From Pecten maximus (Eukaryota), in NCBI RefSeq assembly GCF_902652985.1, contig NC_047027.1:24490001-24554000 (forward strand): 64,000 nt of DNA. Direction: 5' to 3'. Made by a program: the position numbers and the translations under genes. How positions within the stretch are numbered: position 1 is the first letter of the stretch; every line of letters starts with the position of its first letter. Of this stretch, positions 49,981-62,876 are shown piece by piece. The notes beneath the pieces were generated by a model. It was not told the origin of the DNA. It did not search any database and saw only the letters and a program-made list of their open reading frames with translations.

Positions 49981-52900
49981 CTATGGTTGGTATCCAGACA
50001 CGTCGTCTAGGTCGTAAAGACTTGGTACAACTTCCATCAGGCATTGGATTGATCTGGTAACTGGTTCTGTTAAACGAAAACCATGAAATAATTGACAAGA
50101 CAAAATCATACTTTCAGATAAATAACTAAATCTCATTTTCAGACCCTGGTATCAAGTAGTATAGACAGCTGCCTGGCATTTAATTTCTGATGAATTCGCT
50201 CTCTTACTGATAATTTATTGAATTGAACATAATTACGATGCACTTCTCGGGCGGAAAGAATTATAGTCTATGTTTAAATTCTGGTGAATGTAGCTACTTA
50301 CTGCAACAGCCACGATCAACCCGGAAGTGCACGAACGGAACATAGATCACCAGACCTCCGAATATAAATGCGCATGCGTACAGAAACTCACTGGTGGGAT
50401 TTTGGACTATCGGTATTACCACTAGGTACATGGAAAATGCCATGAACACCACAGGAAGCAAAATAAAGATCTGTAAAATTAAATATAAAAATATAAAAAA
50501 TAATATAAAGATATTCAAAAAGGATATTTGTACACACCTTTTTTATCATTTGGATTGTTTCTTTAATTATCTGATAACAAGATAAACTTCAAATGAATCT
50601 AAGATATATGAGGAATATGAGGTACTATTTTTCTGTGAAACATGAATACGAAGTTACAGACAAGGGGAACCTACATATGAAATATAAGAGATATCTAAGA
50701 AGAAATGTTTGAGAATGAGAAATCGTAGTACTAAACTTCAACTGTCATGACAGCAATTTTGCTTTCCTGATTAGACTCAAACTTAGAATAGAACACTGAC
50801 AGGTCATGAAGGGTCCGGTCGTGTGGCAAAGAAGTAAAATATACATCACATATATCCATTTCGGTGTAAAAGTCGTTTGTTAGATATGATTCACTTTATT
50901 TAAATCCTAAATACCTCCCCAACTAAGAACCAGGGTACCGTTTCACAACGCACACGTAACTTTACGGGTACCCGTAGGATTTACGTGCACGTAGCTACGT
51001 GTACGTAAATTTTATAGGGGGTGTTTCACAAAGCCGTACGTAACTTTTCAGAGCTACGTACAGATTTACGTGTACGTAACTTATACCGGAAGTGAACATA
51101 AAAAAATGTAATGAAATGCATACAGTAGAACATTAATAAAAATAGATTTGTTACCCCGTATTCTTATAAATTTCTACCTTTACGAGAGACGCTCCGAAAT
51201 AAAAACGTGAAAAATTCGGAACTCTTCAGCGTGGAGGTTTGCGCAGACGACACGTAAACAAATCGCTGTCAGATTGCGTCAACCAACAGCGAAGATGGAA
51301 GGCGACGGAGGCCCAATTTTACGGAGGCTGAGTGTCAACTCCTTGTTGATATGGCCGTAGATAACATTGATACTATTCAATGTAAATTTAGTTCCATAGT
51401 TACGATAAAAAAGAAAGCAGAGGTGTGGCAGCGGATCACAGACAGGTAAGACGGACAGTCGTAATACTTAAGACAAACATCCAATACGTATGTACAAAAT
51501 ACGACTGTTTGTTGTTAATCACTCCATGCACACAGACTGTACATTATGGCTGTAACAGACTAAATTGTATGCAGAACTGTGCATTATTTATTATTTTTTT
51601 AATCAAAGGTTTAATTCTTTGGTCCAGCTACGGAGTACGGTGTTACAAAACAAGTTAAATTATTTTTTTTAAATCTGAAAAAAAAAAAAAAAAAAATGGA
51701 AATTGCAAAATATTTTTGGATTGTCTTGTAGACAGTTTTTTTTACCACAGGGGCTTGAAAAAATGTCCTTAATTTTTTATGATCCATAATGAACCGTTTC
51801 CAATTCACATATCAATATGTATGCAAGTCAAGCCCCTACTGTATCTGTTTAATTAAAGGCAATATCAAATCAAAGCTACTATCATATAAAATAGTTTACG
51901 GACAAGGATTAAGCCTAAGTCTTACTGGCTAATTCATCTTCACTTTTTCCTCCTGAAAGCAAGCATGTACATACAGAATTACTTAAATGTCATTGGTTTG
52001 AAAAACATGAATAAAGAAAAACTTTTTTCAATCAATCATTAATCAAATGAATAAAATAGATAAAAAAAACAATAACCAAACTAGACCTTTCACATGAGAT
52101 GCTACCATAATAATATTTTTATTCTGGGTACAAGAACACCAGTAAAAGTTTATAAATTAATTGACTTAGAATTATATAATTTTTGACTGTTTTATATATT
52201 AAATATATGCCATTATAGATACATGTCTTGTAATGAGACACCAACTAGAGATAATTTCACAAATACACATTAATTATAGAAAAGGGAAGGAACATATTGG
52301 AGAACATCAATTATAAGCTGGAGTTCCTTCTAACCCAGGTACCAGACTGTTGATATCTAACAGGTTTATATACCAACCATATACTGATATAGAGCTACAT
52401 GTATGGACAGTTTTTGACCTCAAAGAAAGTTTCCAATGTCAATCCACAATCAATAAAATCTATTAAATCACTGCAATGGACTTTTGAATTTTCTAATGAG
52501 AAAAAAAAATATCCATATAACCAGCATGCAACATTTGTTTTGGCTTAAACACACATTGTACCCTTTTCATGAACAGTATCAATGCAATAAGCTGCACTAT
52601 AAGGACAAAGGAAGAAATCAAAAAGAAATGACAGGACATGGTGGGAGACACGAGGAAGAGGGAGTCTGCTCGCATAACCAGCCAGAGAGGGACTGGTGGT
52701 GGTGCAGCCCCAAAACCCCTCTCTGCAATGCAGGAACAGGTACATATCATGGCACTGATTCAAATATAAAAGAAATCTGCAAGGATAATATAATGTGTAG
52801 AGATCACTACTGAGAGATCACAGCTTTGGAGTTGGAATGGGTTTATATATGTATACATCAGGTGTAGGTAAACCAGTTAATCCTAATGAGTAATGTGTAG

Positions 52901-55900
52901 GGCTTTTCAAAATTGAAGTTGAACTTTCCCCAAAGCAATTTTGGCATTTGTATATTTCTCATTTCAACTTCAAACAGTGAACAGTTACTCTTTTCATTAC
53001 ATGTTTATTATAATGCATTTGTCAATGTACACCTTTGAGCTGTTGTCATTCTATTTATAACAGATTCTGGGTATTATTTCAAGGAGTACCATTGTTGGAA
53101 TTGAAGGTGGTATTGACAGTAATGGTATGTATTACCTTAAACTGATGTTGTTGTAATTAGATAACAAATGACAGTTATTAACACTTTTAAGTCTATTTAA
53201 TATGGACACCACTGCAACTTGTTACATGATGCTCTTGGTCATTCCTGGGAAATGTGGAATGTGGACTTAATATCCTAAATTCATTTTTCAATTGAATATG
53301 TCATGAATTATTATTGAATCAGAAATCAATCAAATCAACAAAATATTCACTATTTCCTACTGAGAGGTAGGTCTCAAATGGGAAAATTATTGCAGCATGA
53401 GCAAAAAGAATTAATTACTAGCGGAACAAAATTCAAGAACACAAGTACGTAATTACTATTTGTTTTCATATATTGTCTGAAGAATGATATAAACTTCACC
53501 CAAACAGGTTTGCGAAACAGCCACTTAAAAGACAGAGTTGGGGAAGTAAAAGGTGGAGTACAGCCATCCCTTATAGGTATGTAAACTGATTTGTGAATAT
53601 GTTAATTGATAATCAGTTACTATCCTTAAATTAATTGATTAATGTTTGATAGATTGTTAGTAAATTGCATGTGCACAATATACAAATTTAAAGTTATTCA
53701 GACTTATTTCTATAGATATGAATTAAATTTGGTAGAAACAAAGAGGCTATTAGAATGTATATATTGAAATGTTCTGTAAAAATAGACATTTGAAATTACA
53801 GGTCAGTCTCCATATACCCCCATGCTCCCACTTGAGCCTTCTGAGAGTAGTGAAACTGCACCAACTCCTGAGTGTTTTTCAAATGGTAGGTGTTTGGTTC
53901 TTTTAATTTCTACAGTTACTTTGTTAAAAGCACAATTATGTCTCTGATAAAATTTGAGTTGGTAAATTGATTTCCTTAAGAGCTGATATGAATAAATTAC
54001 ATTTGCATTATGTTTCATGTTTAAATTCCTGGCACTGCCATCATGATCATGTAATTGCATTTAATTGGGTTGCATCATATCAATTTGTTTACTCAGACAA
54101 TATGTTATGTCTTATTAGATGATGTCACCAACCCTCGACAGAAGAGGAAGAAAATGTCTAGAACATTTACATCAGGTAAAAAAAGGGATCTGGGTTAAAT
54201 AATTAAAAAAAGGATAGCTGAAATGCACTGGCCTGCTCTTTGATAAAAATGAAAATAGAAATGCCTATATTCTGCATCATAGACTGACATTTTGTTTATG
54301 AATTTATTAAGGTAAATGGCCTGCGTTCATCTTTCATCTGATGTTGTGATGTGGTAAGGCATTGTTTTGATTTTATTCATTAAAAGTAAACATGCCATTT
54401 ACCACATATTCATATACTCTTTAATCATTATAAACCATGTTAAATACAGCAGCCTTCCACAATTGTTATTCTAAAACCGTCTGGCCCAAGGGGCCAAGTG
54501 GGCTTATACGTGTATATATGGCAAGTGCAGCATTCATTGTCTGTTGTTGTCATCTTTTCATTTAAACAACTTCTTTAGAACCAAGAGGCCCAGAGACCAG
54601 CTTATGTTGTGTACATAGATAATCTTATCTTACATCCAGGGTCACAGGGGTTAAATTTATTTTTAGATATTGAACAAGTTCTTATGAAAACTGAAAAAGT
54701 TGAAGAGTGATAACATTTGGTCAATGATATGCTTGGGTTAGTGGCTGTCACCTTAGGACATTGATATTGATATTCAAAGGAATAACCTCAGTATATATTG
54801 AAGGTCATTGAAGTCAAAGATGTTTCACCTTCAACCCAGTTCTCAGATTAATGCCAGGTGAGTGATACATGTAGGCCTCTTGTTTCAGTATTTTTTTCAA
54901 TCATGACGTTTTCATGAATTGAATAAACACTCCACTCTATTTGCCCTGTGTAATTTCCTTTATAGATGACTTTGAGGACACTAGCAGCACAGAGGCCGAG
55001 CATGATGTGAAGTTGAAGAAAGGGAGAAGGCTTCAGACATATCACTGCGAAGGTATCTTATGAGATGCAGGTGCCTTGTGCTCATTATGGCTCCTCATTA
55101 GATACGGGTGCTCTATTGTATAATCATTTTGTATGTCTGTCTGTCCACAAACTTTACTACTGGCTATTACTTTGGAAATCATTGACCGATTCACATGAAA
55201 CTTGGTTAAGATGTTTAATTGCAAAAATGCACATTCAGCTAAAAAGTCAAGGTCAAAGGTCAAGCTCATCAGGTCAAAGGTCAAGGTCACATTTTGCATA
55301 TTTTTACTTATGAACATTTTGTATGACATGATGGAGCAAAGTTATTCAGAAATTAAACAAGGCGACTACTAACCAAAAGTCAAGGTAATTAAGTCAAAGG
55401 TCAACAAATAAAGTCAAGGTCATATTTGTACCTCTTCACTGATGTGTGACTTGATTCAGAATTTTAATGAAGACTTTTCAATGGGAAAACAATGTGATTC
55501 GGACCTTTATACATTTTTGTTAACCCAACAACTATGAAGGAAGGCAACAAGTCACATCTCAGCAATATTAGCAGATGATTATGCTCACAAGGTCCAATGG
55601 TAATAAAACAGCAAATTAAGGACCAAACTTTATATATATATGAAAAATCCCCACAACACAGAGTCCTTACTGACCTGTCAGATTTTTAGTCAATTACTCA
55701 TCTGTCAGCTCTTTCACCTGAGCCGAAGGCCGTGCATATCTGGTAACTTTTCCTTGTGAACTTAATAACTTCAGTAAATATGAACAGATATTTCATGAAA
55801 CTTGGTATACAGCCTTATATTTATAAGATCCCCGACAAGTTCAACAATGGGACCTATTTGGTCATGACTTACAGAGTTTTTGTCCTTAATTTGCTGTTTT

Positions 55901-58900
55901 ATTACCATTGGACCTTGTGAGCATATCTTTGGTCAATATGATTTCATTTTGATGCTTTTAGCTTTATTATCAAAATAAAATCTTGAACAGTTTCCTCATT
56001 TGGACTGATGTAATAGTTATAGATATGGCTCTTTACAGACTACAAAGTAAATTATATTCTAATGAATTGACTTGGCCTACTCTCAAGGTCCCAGCTGGGG
56101 TCAATATATCAAATAGTTGTGGTTTAAAAGCAAACATCATCTATCAGTACCAGGAATAAATATTGAAATTATATAAAGTTGACCATGTTTTCTTCAAAAT
56201 ACAGAATCCAAAAGATCAGTACTATACAGACAAATGCCAGGTATTTGGAAGTAAATTTTTAAACTGATCTACCATTTAATATCCTCCTACTGTATGGCAC
56301 TGGTCATAATACTAATGTTGTTTTACTGTCAATGGCAAATTGGTGAGGTATTTAATTTAATAATAATGTTTCAGATTCGAATAAAGCATTATTGGAAATA
56401 GAGAAGGAAAGACTTCATCTTGAAAAGGAGAGACTCAGCATTGAGCAGGAAAGAAAGGAGGTGGAAAGGGAGAGACTGGACATAGAAAAAAGCAAATTAG
56501 AGATGGAGCAGCAACGTTTGAAACTTTTAGAGTCTTTGGTGTGTCAAAATAAATTTCAAAATTCACCTCCTATGTCACTTTCTCCTATTATTCAATTTCT
56601 TTAGATGTAGATATGATATATGTATCAAATATTTTACCACACTTGACCTTCAAACTTTTTAAATATTTCATTAAATTTCATTTAAGTAGACAATGTCATT
56701 AGTATAGGCTGCTGTATCAAATAAGATACCTTGAAATTGAGATCCATCTGCATCCTTCTGCCATTCTATAACTTCCTTGTTGCATCATGTTCAACCACTG
56801 AATCACAGTGTGTGTAAAAGTCATATGTTAATATATGGGGATTTGTAAGGGATAAAAAATAACTGGAAGTAGTGAGTAAAATTAACATAAACATTTTGTA
56901 TGGGAACTTTTCGACTTGTTGAAAATATTAATGTAATATTCTCTGCTAAAACACATCTATAATTTGGCATTACTAAGTGCTTACGGAAAACATATTAATG
57001 TATATTCATATTAACTCAAGTTCATAAATAACTGATGAGCCTATTAATATCCAATTGTGAACATTACACGTGTGACCACAAGAGTAATTGACTTGGTCTG
57101 ATACAGGTTGATCTGAATATTTTGTTGAATATGCTCATATGATAATTGACAGTTAAAATCGTTGTTGGATGAGGTTTGATCGGACATTACGCCCATCTTC
57201 CAGATGACCATTGTACGGTACATGATCTGGTTCTTGTTCCTCGAAGTTCTCTGGGGGGTCGACGGCATGATCAATGCACTTATTGTGCAACAGAAAACAA
57301 ACATAAATGACCTGGCATGTTTTGGCTGGGGAGAACAAAATACATCCAGTTGACTTGTGTAGACATCTGAAATGAATGTGTTGCATTTATTAAATTCATG
57401 CTATTAATATGTTTGAATTCTAATATTATTTTTTAGAACTACATTCATTTTACATATCCATGTACAATAATATTCAAATCGTGTTAGATCTTATAAAAAA
57501 ACATATATGATGGACATTTACTTATGCACAATGTCAGTGTTAACCAGCAAAAATATGTCTTATTGACTACAAACATATGCTCTCTGAGCAATAAGTGCAA
57601 TGTTATATCAAGAAGCCTTGTTGGCTTTTTTGTTTGTTTTATTGATATAGACAAAAAGGTGAATATTCATAATACCTGAATCTTGACTTTAACATTCCAA
57701 AGGCTCTCTCAACCACATTTCTTGTCTTCATGTGAGATCTGTTGTACCTAACATGGTAAAATGATAGGGGAATATTGATTTTTTATCTTGTGCTGCAGTA
57801 TACATTTATGAAACATGATATAAGTTAAATGATAAAGCTTAAATCTTTTTTTTATTCATAGTTGAATCAATTATAAAACAATCTTTGTTCTGTTATCAAA
57901 TTCTCGCCTTCAATATTAAATATTAGCTATATGCATCCATTTTTTCTCATGAGAACTGGACTCTCTTATGGTCACAGGAATACAACATCATCTCACAAGA
58001 TTTTTTGGAACTAATTTTAAACAGCAAAGTTTGAAATTATGAGATTTTTATGTTTATTGTTGGAGCAAAATTTAGGTTTTGATTTTAATTACTTGATGAT
58101 TAAATCCATGAATGACTTTGATATATTTATGGAAACATTTACTGTAATTTGATTGATGCAAATTTTGTATCTATTTGAATTAAATTATCACCCATTAGAT
58201 ATACTAATCATGGTTGTATACAGGCAGGCTTGAGATACACGGGTAGAATAACATATTATGATATGATAATGACATATATAAATATTTTCAATGGAATTTA
58301 ATCACAATTACTATGCCTACTTTGGTGATGACAGTTTACTCTAGTCAATAAATAATAGTCATTTGATGTGATTTTTACATTATTGGTTAGTTATTTTCTC
58401 ATCATCATCCCTGGTAAGTAACATGTATAGTACAAAATATTATTTTAAATCAATACAATACTGTATTAAAAATGTAATTCATCTAATAAGAAATATGTAC
58501 CTGCAATATATTAATAAAGATCTATATTTTGTATGTTATATTAAAGAATGCCTGCATACATATATCAATTATTTCAAACTGTCTTCATCAATAAAGCCAT
58601 CATCAAAATTGTTAACCAATTTTAATTACCCCTTGCCTACTGGGTCTGGCTGCTTTTTTTTCTATTGATATGAAAACAACAACGAGGAAAAAAACATGAT
58701 TTTATGATATACAGCAGTGGAATAAATTTAATTTGAATCAAGCGTGTTGTACTGTTTTTTTTATACTATATTTATAATACATTGTGTTGGTAAAGTATAC
58801 ATGTATCCAAATGGGTTCAGTTTGACCTACTTCTCTTCATTTCTTGTTGTAGGAATGCCAACTGGTGTTAAAAGCCATGGCCTCAAAGGGTACACTGAGT

Positions 58901-61798
58901 CGCCCAACAGCCACCCATTCATCTGCTGTTCCATGATATCACCCACTTCACTATTAGTCAGAATAAAACTGTCATGGACAGATCCGGGCCACTTGCAGAT
59001 GACATTAATGAATCTGAGAAAACAATATTGCTAATATTGTATCCAGTCGATCTTGTCCATTTTTGTACTTTGTCATGATGATATCACTTGATTGTGGTGT
59101 TGATAAAGACAACAATGATGATTTGTTTTAAATCATATTTAGTAACTATATATATGATGATGGTGTGATGGTGATAATATATGGCAAGCCGTTTGTGTTT
59201 TTACCCATTTAATTCAGATTTTTTTTTTTCAGTGTTATTTTTATTAACTGATACAAACAGCAGATATCTGTATTTTATGTATAAAATAGGTACATTGTAT
59301 CTCTATTTTCTCTAATAATATTAGTTATAAATGAATCTGTATTTTCTATTAAATTAATTGCTATTTATTCAAATTAGAGATATATTTATTTTAAAATAAA
59401 GATATAGCTAATTATCAAATAAATAGAAATAATTGAAATTGAGACATTTGTATTTAAATAGATAAACTGTAATTAAATACAGATATTTATATTCCTATTT
59501 AAAATGCAGATATCAGTTATCTCTATTTAAATAAATATCTGAATTAAATAGGCAAAAACCCACATCGCTTAGCATGCATAACGATGATGATGATATGATG
59601 ATGATGATGATGATGAAACTATAAATTGTATCCATACGCTGTCATACTGTAAATGAAAATTACCACATACGTGACATAGCTGTTAAATATTATTTAACAC
59701 TATAATATTGTTAAAAAAGAGGGTATATGACTGATTTAACAATGACTGAATGGAGTTTTTAAAAACAATTCAACATGGTTTATCACTGACTTCAGATGAC
59801 AAAATAATTATATCCCTAAATTATCAAAGATTGTTTCCCGGTCCGCCTTTTGGTTTCTCAAAATATTTCATTATCATCAACATAGGGGGCGTCACTCTCG
59901 TTCACATAAAGAACCTAGGCGCGATAAGCATGGTTTGTTTACTCGGACACTCATAATGACTTACTTCATGGAGTGAGTACAAATAGCTTGCACATTTATG
60001 GCATGGTATCCTTTTCTGCAAACGTAGACATGTTCGTCTAAGATCGGTGCTTGAACAGGAACCAGAGTTCCGTCGATCGCCCCCACAACATTCGGCATTC
60101 CGGCAATTCCATGGAATCCTTCCTTAATAGCACGGATTTCTACCGCAGACGACGGTAATGTTATCAAATGAGCATAATGATCAAAGATCTGATTTGTAAC
60201 AGATGTAATACATCGACATGCTGTTGACCTGCTGACCCCATGCAAGTCGCCAACTTCAGACAAGAACCCACCTTTAGCATAATATCTTAATGCAACGAGA
60301 ACCTGTGTAACTGGTGACACTGCATGAGAACGCTTGGTGCGAGGAGATATGTTCGGAGAAATGGTATTGAGGATATCAGTGATTACGTTTCTCGGCAACC
60401 GATATCTTTCAACTAAAGATATATCATCAAGCATTTCCATCAAATTATGACGGTCACGAAACACTCTCTCTCTCCTCATTGCCCGCTGGTGCTGAACTCT
60501 GTGCAACAAAAGTGCGATGGCCGCCATATTTGTTTACATTTGTTACGCTCACACAACTTACGTGTGGTTTACGGGAGGTATTTGTTGACGTAATTTACGG
60601 GTACCCGTAACTTATTTACGTGCACCCGTAACTTACGTGTACGTTGTGAAACGGTTAAAAAAACTTACGTATGGTTTACGGGTACCCGTAAAGTTACGTG
60701 TGCGTTGTGAAACGGCACCCAGGATCATAGTCATAGATCGACGTTTGCCTTGACCTTTAAAACTAAATACCAAGTTACGTTTGACCAAATAACCTTGATC
60801 ATTGAAAGGATACCTTTTTGTTTAATTAAGACCAAATTTTCTTCACAATCTTAAAACAGAGTGTTAATCAGTGATCCTATAAACAATGTGACCTTGGCCT
60901 CTGACCAAGTGGCTCTGACCTCAATCATCTATCTCCTTGTTTAATTCCGAGTTATATAGGTTAATAGTGTCATAAACAAAGTATAAAGATTAAAAGATTA
61001 ACTTTGCCCAAGTGACCTTGAACTATGACCTACTGACCTAATTGCTTTCTTTTATCTAACATTATTACAGTTGTATTGTTTAATCATGTCATACAAATAT
61101 CAATCAGTGAAAAGATACAAAATTTGACCTAGACATTCGACCCAGTGACCTTAACCGAGTGACTTTGACATTTGGTCAGTTGCCTCCTTGATTTCTACTG
61201 ACCAACGATTATTTCATAGTGACGGAGCAAAATGTTGATCAATCAAGATAAAATATTTGACATTGACATTTAACCGGATGACCTTAACCTTTTATCAGCT
61301 GATTTTGACCAATTTGCTTCAAACTGTCACAACAAATTGTTTATCAGTGAAAAGATACACAATTTGACCCTGTCATTTGACGTCTCACCCGGTGACCCGT
61401 AACGATAATGTTATTCCTGAATAAAAATGAGGCTGTCAACACGTTTTTAAAGATACTGGGAAATAATTGTACCAAACATTTTTTTTTACATTTTATTGTA
61501 AGGTGTATGATAGATGTAACAATGAAAAAAAATGTATTCGTAGCATTGTTTCTATGAGAAAAGAAGAACGTATATGTAATTTTCAGTTAAACGAAACTGA
61601 CGAAGCAGTAACTAAGAAACGATATAAAGGAAACACGGTGTTAATTACTTTGATTGGACGATGAACTTCCCTCATCGTGAATCTCAGCACCAACAATGCT
61701 AAAACGGTAAGTCCGTAAAATAACCAGGCTGCGAAACTGAAGAATGTAATCAGGCTTCGTATATTACTGATCATAATAAACACCAGGGCGAGCATAGT
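49981..61798 (-). CDS. SLC7 family L-type/b(0,+)-type amino-acid transporter (SLC7A9-like), last three exons: 61649-61798, 50302-50470, 49981-50066; 5' part lies beyond the window or in the gap
   Basis: Spliced: TMLALVFIMISNIRSLITFFSFAAWLFYGLTVLALLVLRFTMREVHRPIK|IFILLPVVFMAFSMYLVVIPIVQNPTSEFLYACAFIFGGLVIYVPFVHFRVDRGCC|KPVTRSIQCLMEVVPSLYDLDDVSGYQP*; GT-AG, phases 0 and 1. Confidence 0.9.
51273..56604 (+). pseudogene. Harbinger Myb/SANT-like DNA-binding protein gene, 8 exons (51273-51445, 52577-52739, 53064-53124, 53508-53576, 53802-53885, 54119-54175, 54966-55052, 56375-56604), with nonsense codon
   Basis: RRRPNFTEAECQLLV..KKAEVWQRITDSINAISCTIRTKEEIKKK*QDM..RGTGGG..VGIEGGIDS; C-terminal coiled coil LEIEKERLHLEKERL. 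TGA at 52629-52631 replaces the conserved Trp; the expected ATG reads ATT. Confidence 0.85.
55090..55930. repeat. Nested bivalve-type interspersed repeats (GGTCAAAGGTCA-rich, CATGAAACTTGG motif)
   Basis: TGTCTGTCTGTCC..TTCACATGAAACTTGG..GTCAAGGTCAAAGGTCAA; related words at 3068-3125 and 60750-61400. Confidence 0.55.
57153..60527 (-). CDS. Harbinger DDE transposase (HARBI1-like), 343 aa, 4 exons: 59965-60527, 58831-59013, 57676-57747, 57153-57366
   Basis: 1032 nt open, three phase-2 GT-AG introns. GAIDGTLV, CRKGYHAINVQ, WPGSVHDS, LLGDSVYP, YNRSHMKTRNVVERAFGMLKSRFRCL, LHN; D-D-E triad intact. Confidence 0.95.
59180..59578. mobile_element. AT-rich MITE nested in transposase intron 1, within a (GAT)n tract
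   Basis: TTTTACCCATTTAATTCAGAT ... ATCTGAATTAAATAGGCAAAAA inverted termini; interior of AGATATC/TATCTCT repeats. Confidence 0.6.
60750..61400. repeat. Degenerate TGACCTT-rich tandem/interspersed repeat
   Basis: Recurring ATCAGTGAAAAGATACA.AATTTGACC...GTGACC units. Confidence 0.55.
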
Positions 61799-62376
61799 CT
61801 GAAAACATTGTACAAAAAAAAAACATCAAGTATTCGCACATTTAATACAAAATTGATTTTGTATAGCTAAATTTAACTACAGCTCATTCGTCTTTCTAAG
61901 ACATGTCAGTGATGACGTTGGCATATAGCTCGAGAAAAATTCAAAATATAGCTATATAGATGTAAAGGTAGAATAGGTTTGTAATCCAATGCATTACATT
62001 GTATGTGGTATACAAATATAGCATCTGTGCCTGTGCAATATATATATTTGACACAAGGTACTGGTAATCGACCGATGTTCACATATATATACTTATCTTA
62101 TTACATAACCACTTAAATCTCGACTTCGCTGTAGGCCTAGAAGTCGTCATGGCTGACGTCTGACATTGTTGACATCTGAGTGACTTAGACGCATGAAAGG
62201 ATAGGAGTGAATTCCGAAACGTCACAGGTGCTCAATAGTTCGCATAAGACCGTGGAATAGTCACTTTAGCCATGCAATAGTTCAATATATAGTTTATGCG
62301 TATAGTTAAGGCAGATCAAACGCATTATGTAATAATTCGGTTTACTTAATTTAAAAAAGAACGTTCAGTACACGTG

Positions 62377-62876
62377 NNNNNNNNNNNNNNNNNNNNNNNN
62401 NNNNNNNNNNNNNNNNNNNNNNNNNNNNNNNNNNNNNNNNNNNNNNNNNNNNNNNNNNNNNNNNNNNNNNNNNNNNNNNNNNNNNNNNNNNNNNNNNNNN
62501 NNNNNNNNNNNNNNNNNNNNNNNNNNNNNNNNNNNNNNNNNNNNNNNNNNNNNNNNNNNNNNNNNNNNNNNNNNNNNNNNNNNNNNNNNNNNNNNNNNNN
62601 NNNNNNNNNNNNNNNNNNNNNNNNNNNNNNNNNNNNNNNNNNNNNNNNNNNNNNNNNNNNNNNNNNNNNNNNNNNNNNNNNNNNNNNNNNNNNNNNNNNN
62701 NNNNNNNNNNNNNNNNNNNNNNNNNNNNNNNNNNNNNNNNNNNNNNNNNNNNNNNNNNNNNNNNNNNNNNNNNNNNNNNNNNNNNNNNNNNNNNNNNNNN
62801 NNNNNNNNNNNNNNNNNNNNNNNNNNNNNNNNNNNNNNNNNNNNNNNNNNNNNNNNNNNNNNNNNNNNNNNNNNNN
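62377..62876. other. Assembly gap (500 N)
   Basis: N run. Confidence 1.

Larger units (their letters stand above)
50934..60719. mobile_element. Complete PIF/Harbinger DNA transposon (9786 bp) in the SLC7 intron; 3-bp TSD CAG
   Basis: TIRs GGTACCGTTTCACAACGCACACGTAACTTTACGGGTACCCGTA / TACGGGTACCCGTAAAGTTACGTGTGCGTTGTGAAACGGCACC (1 mismatch). cag at 50931-50933 and 60720-60722. Subterminal TTACGT repeats; two convergent genes. Confidence 0.96.

Noticed and set aside
52629-52631. In-frame TGA as selenocysteine or read-through (also ~43083)
   Set aside because: Falls at a conserved Trp or in a TM segment, other lesions co-occur, and no SECIS was recognised.
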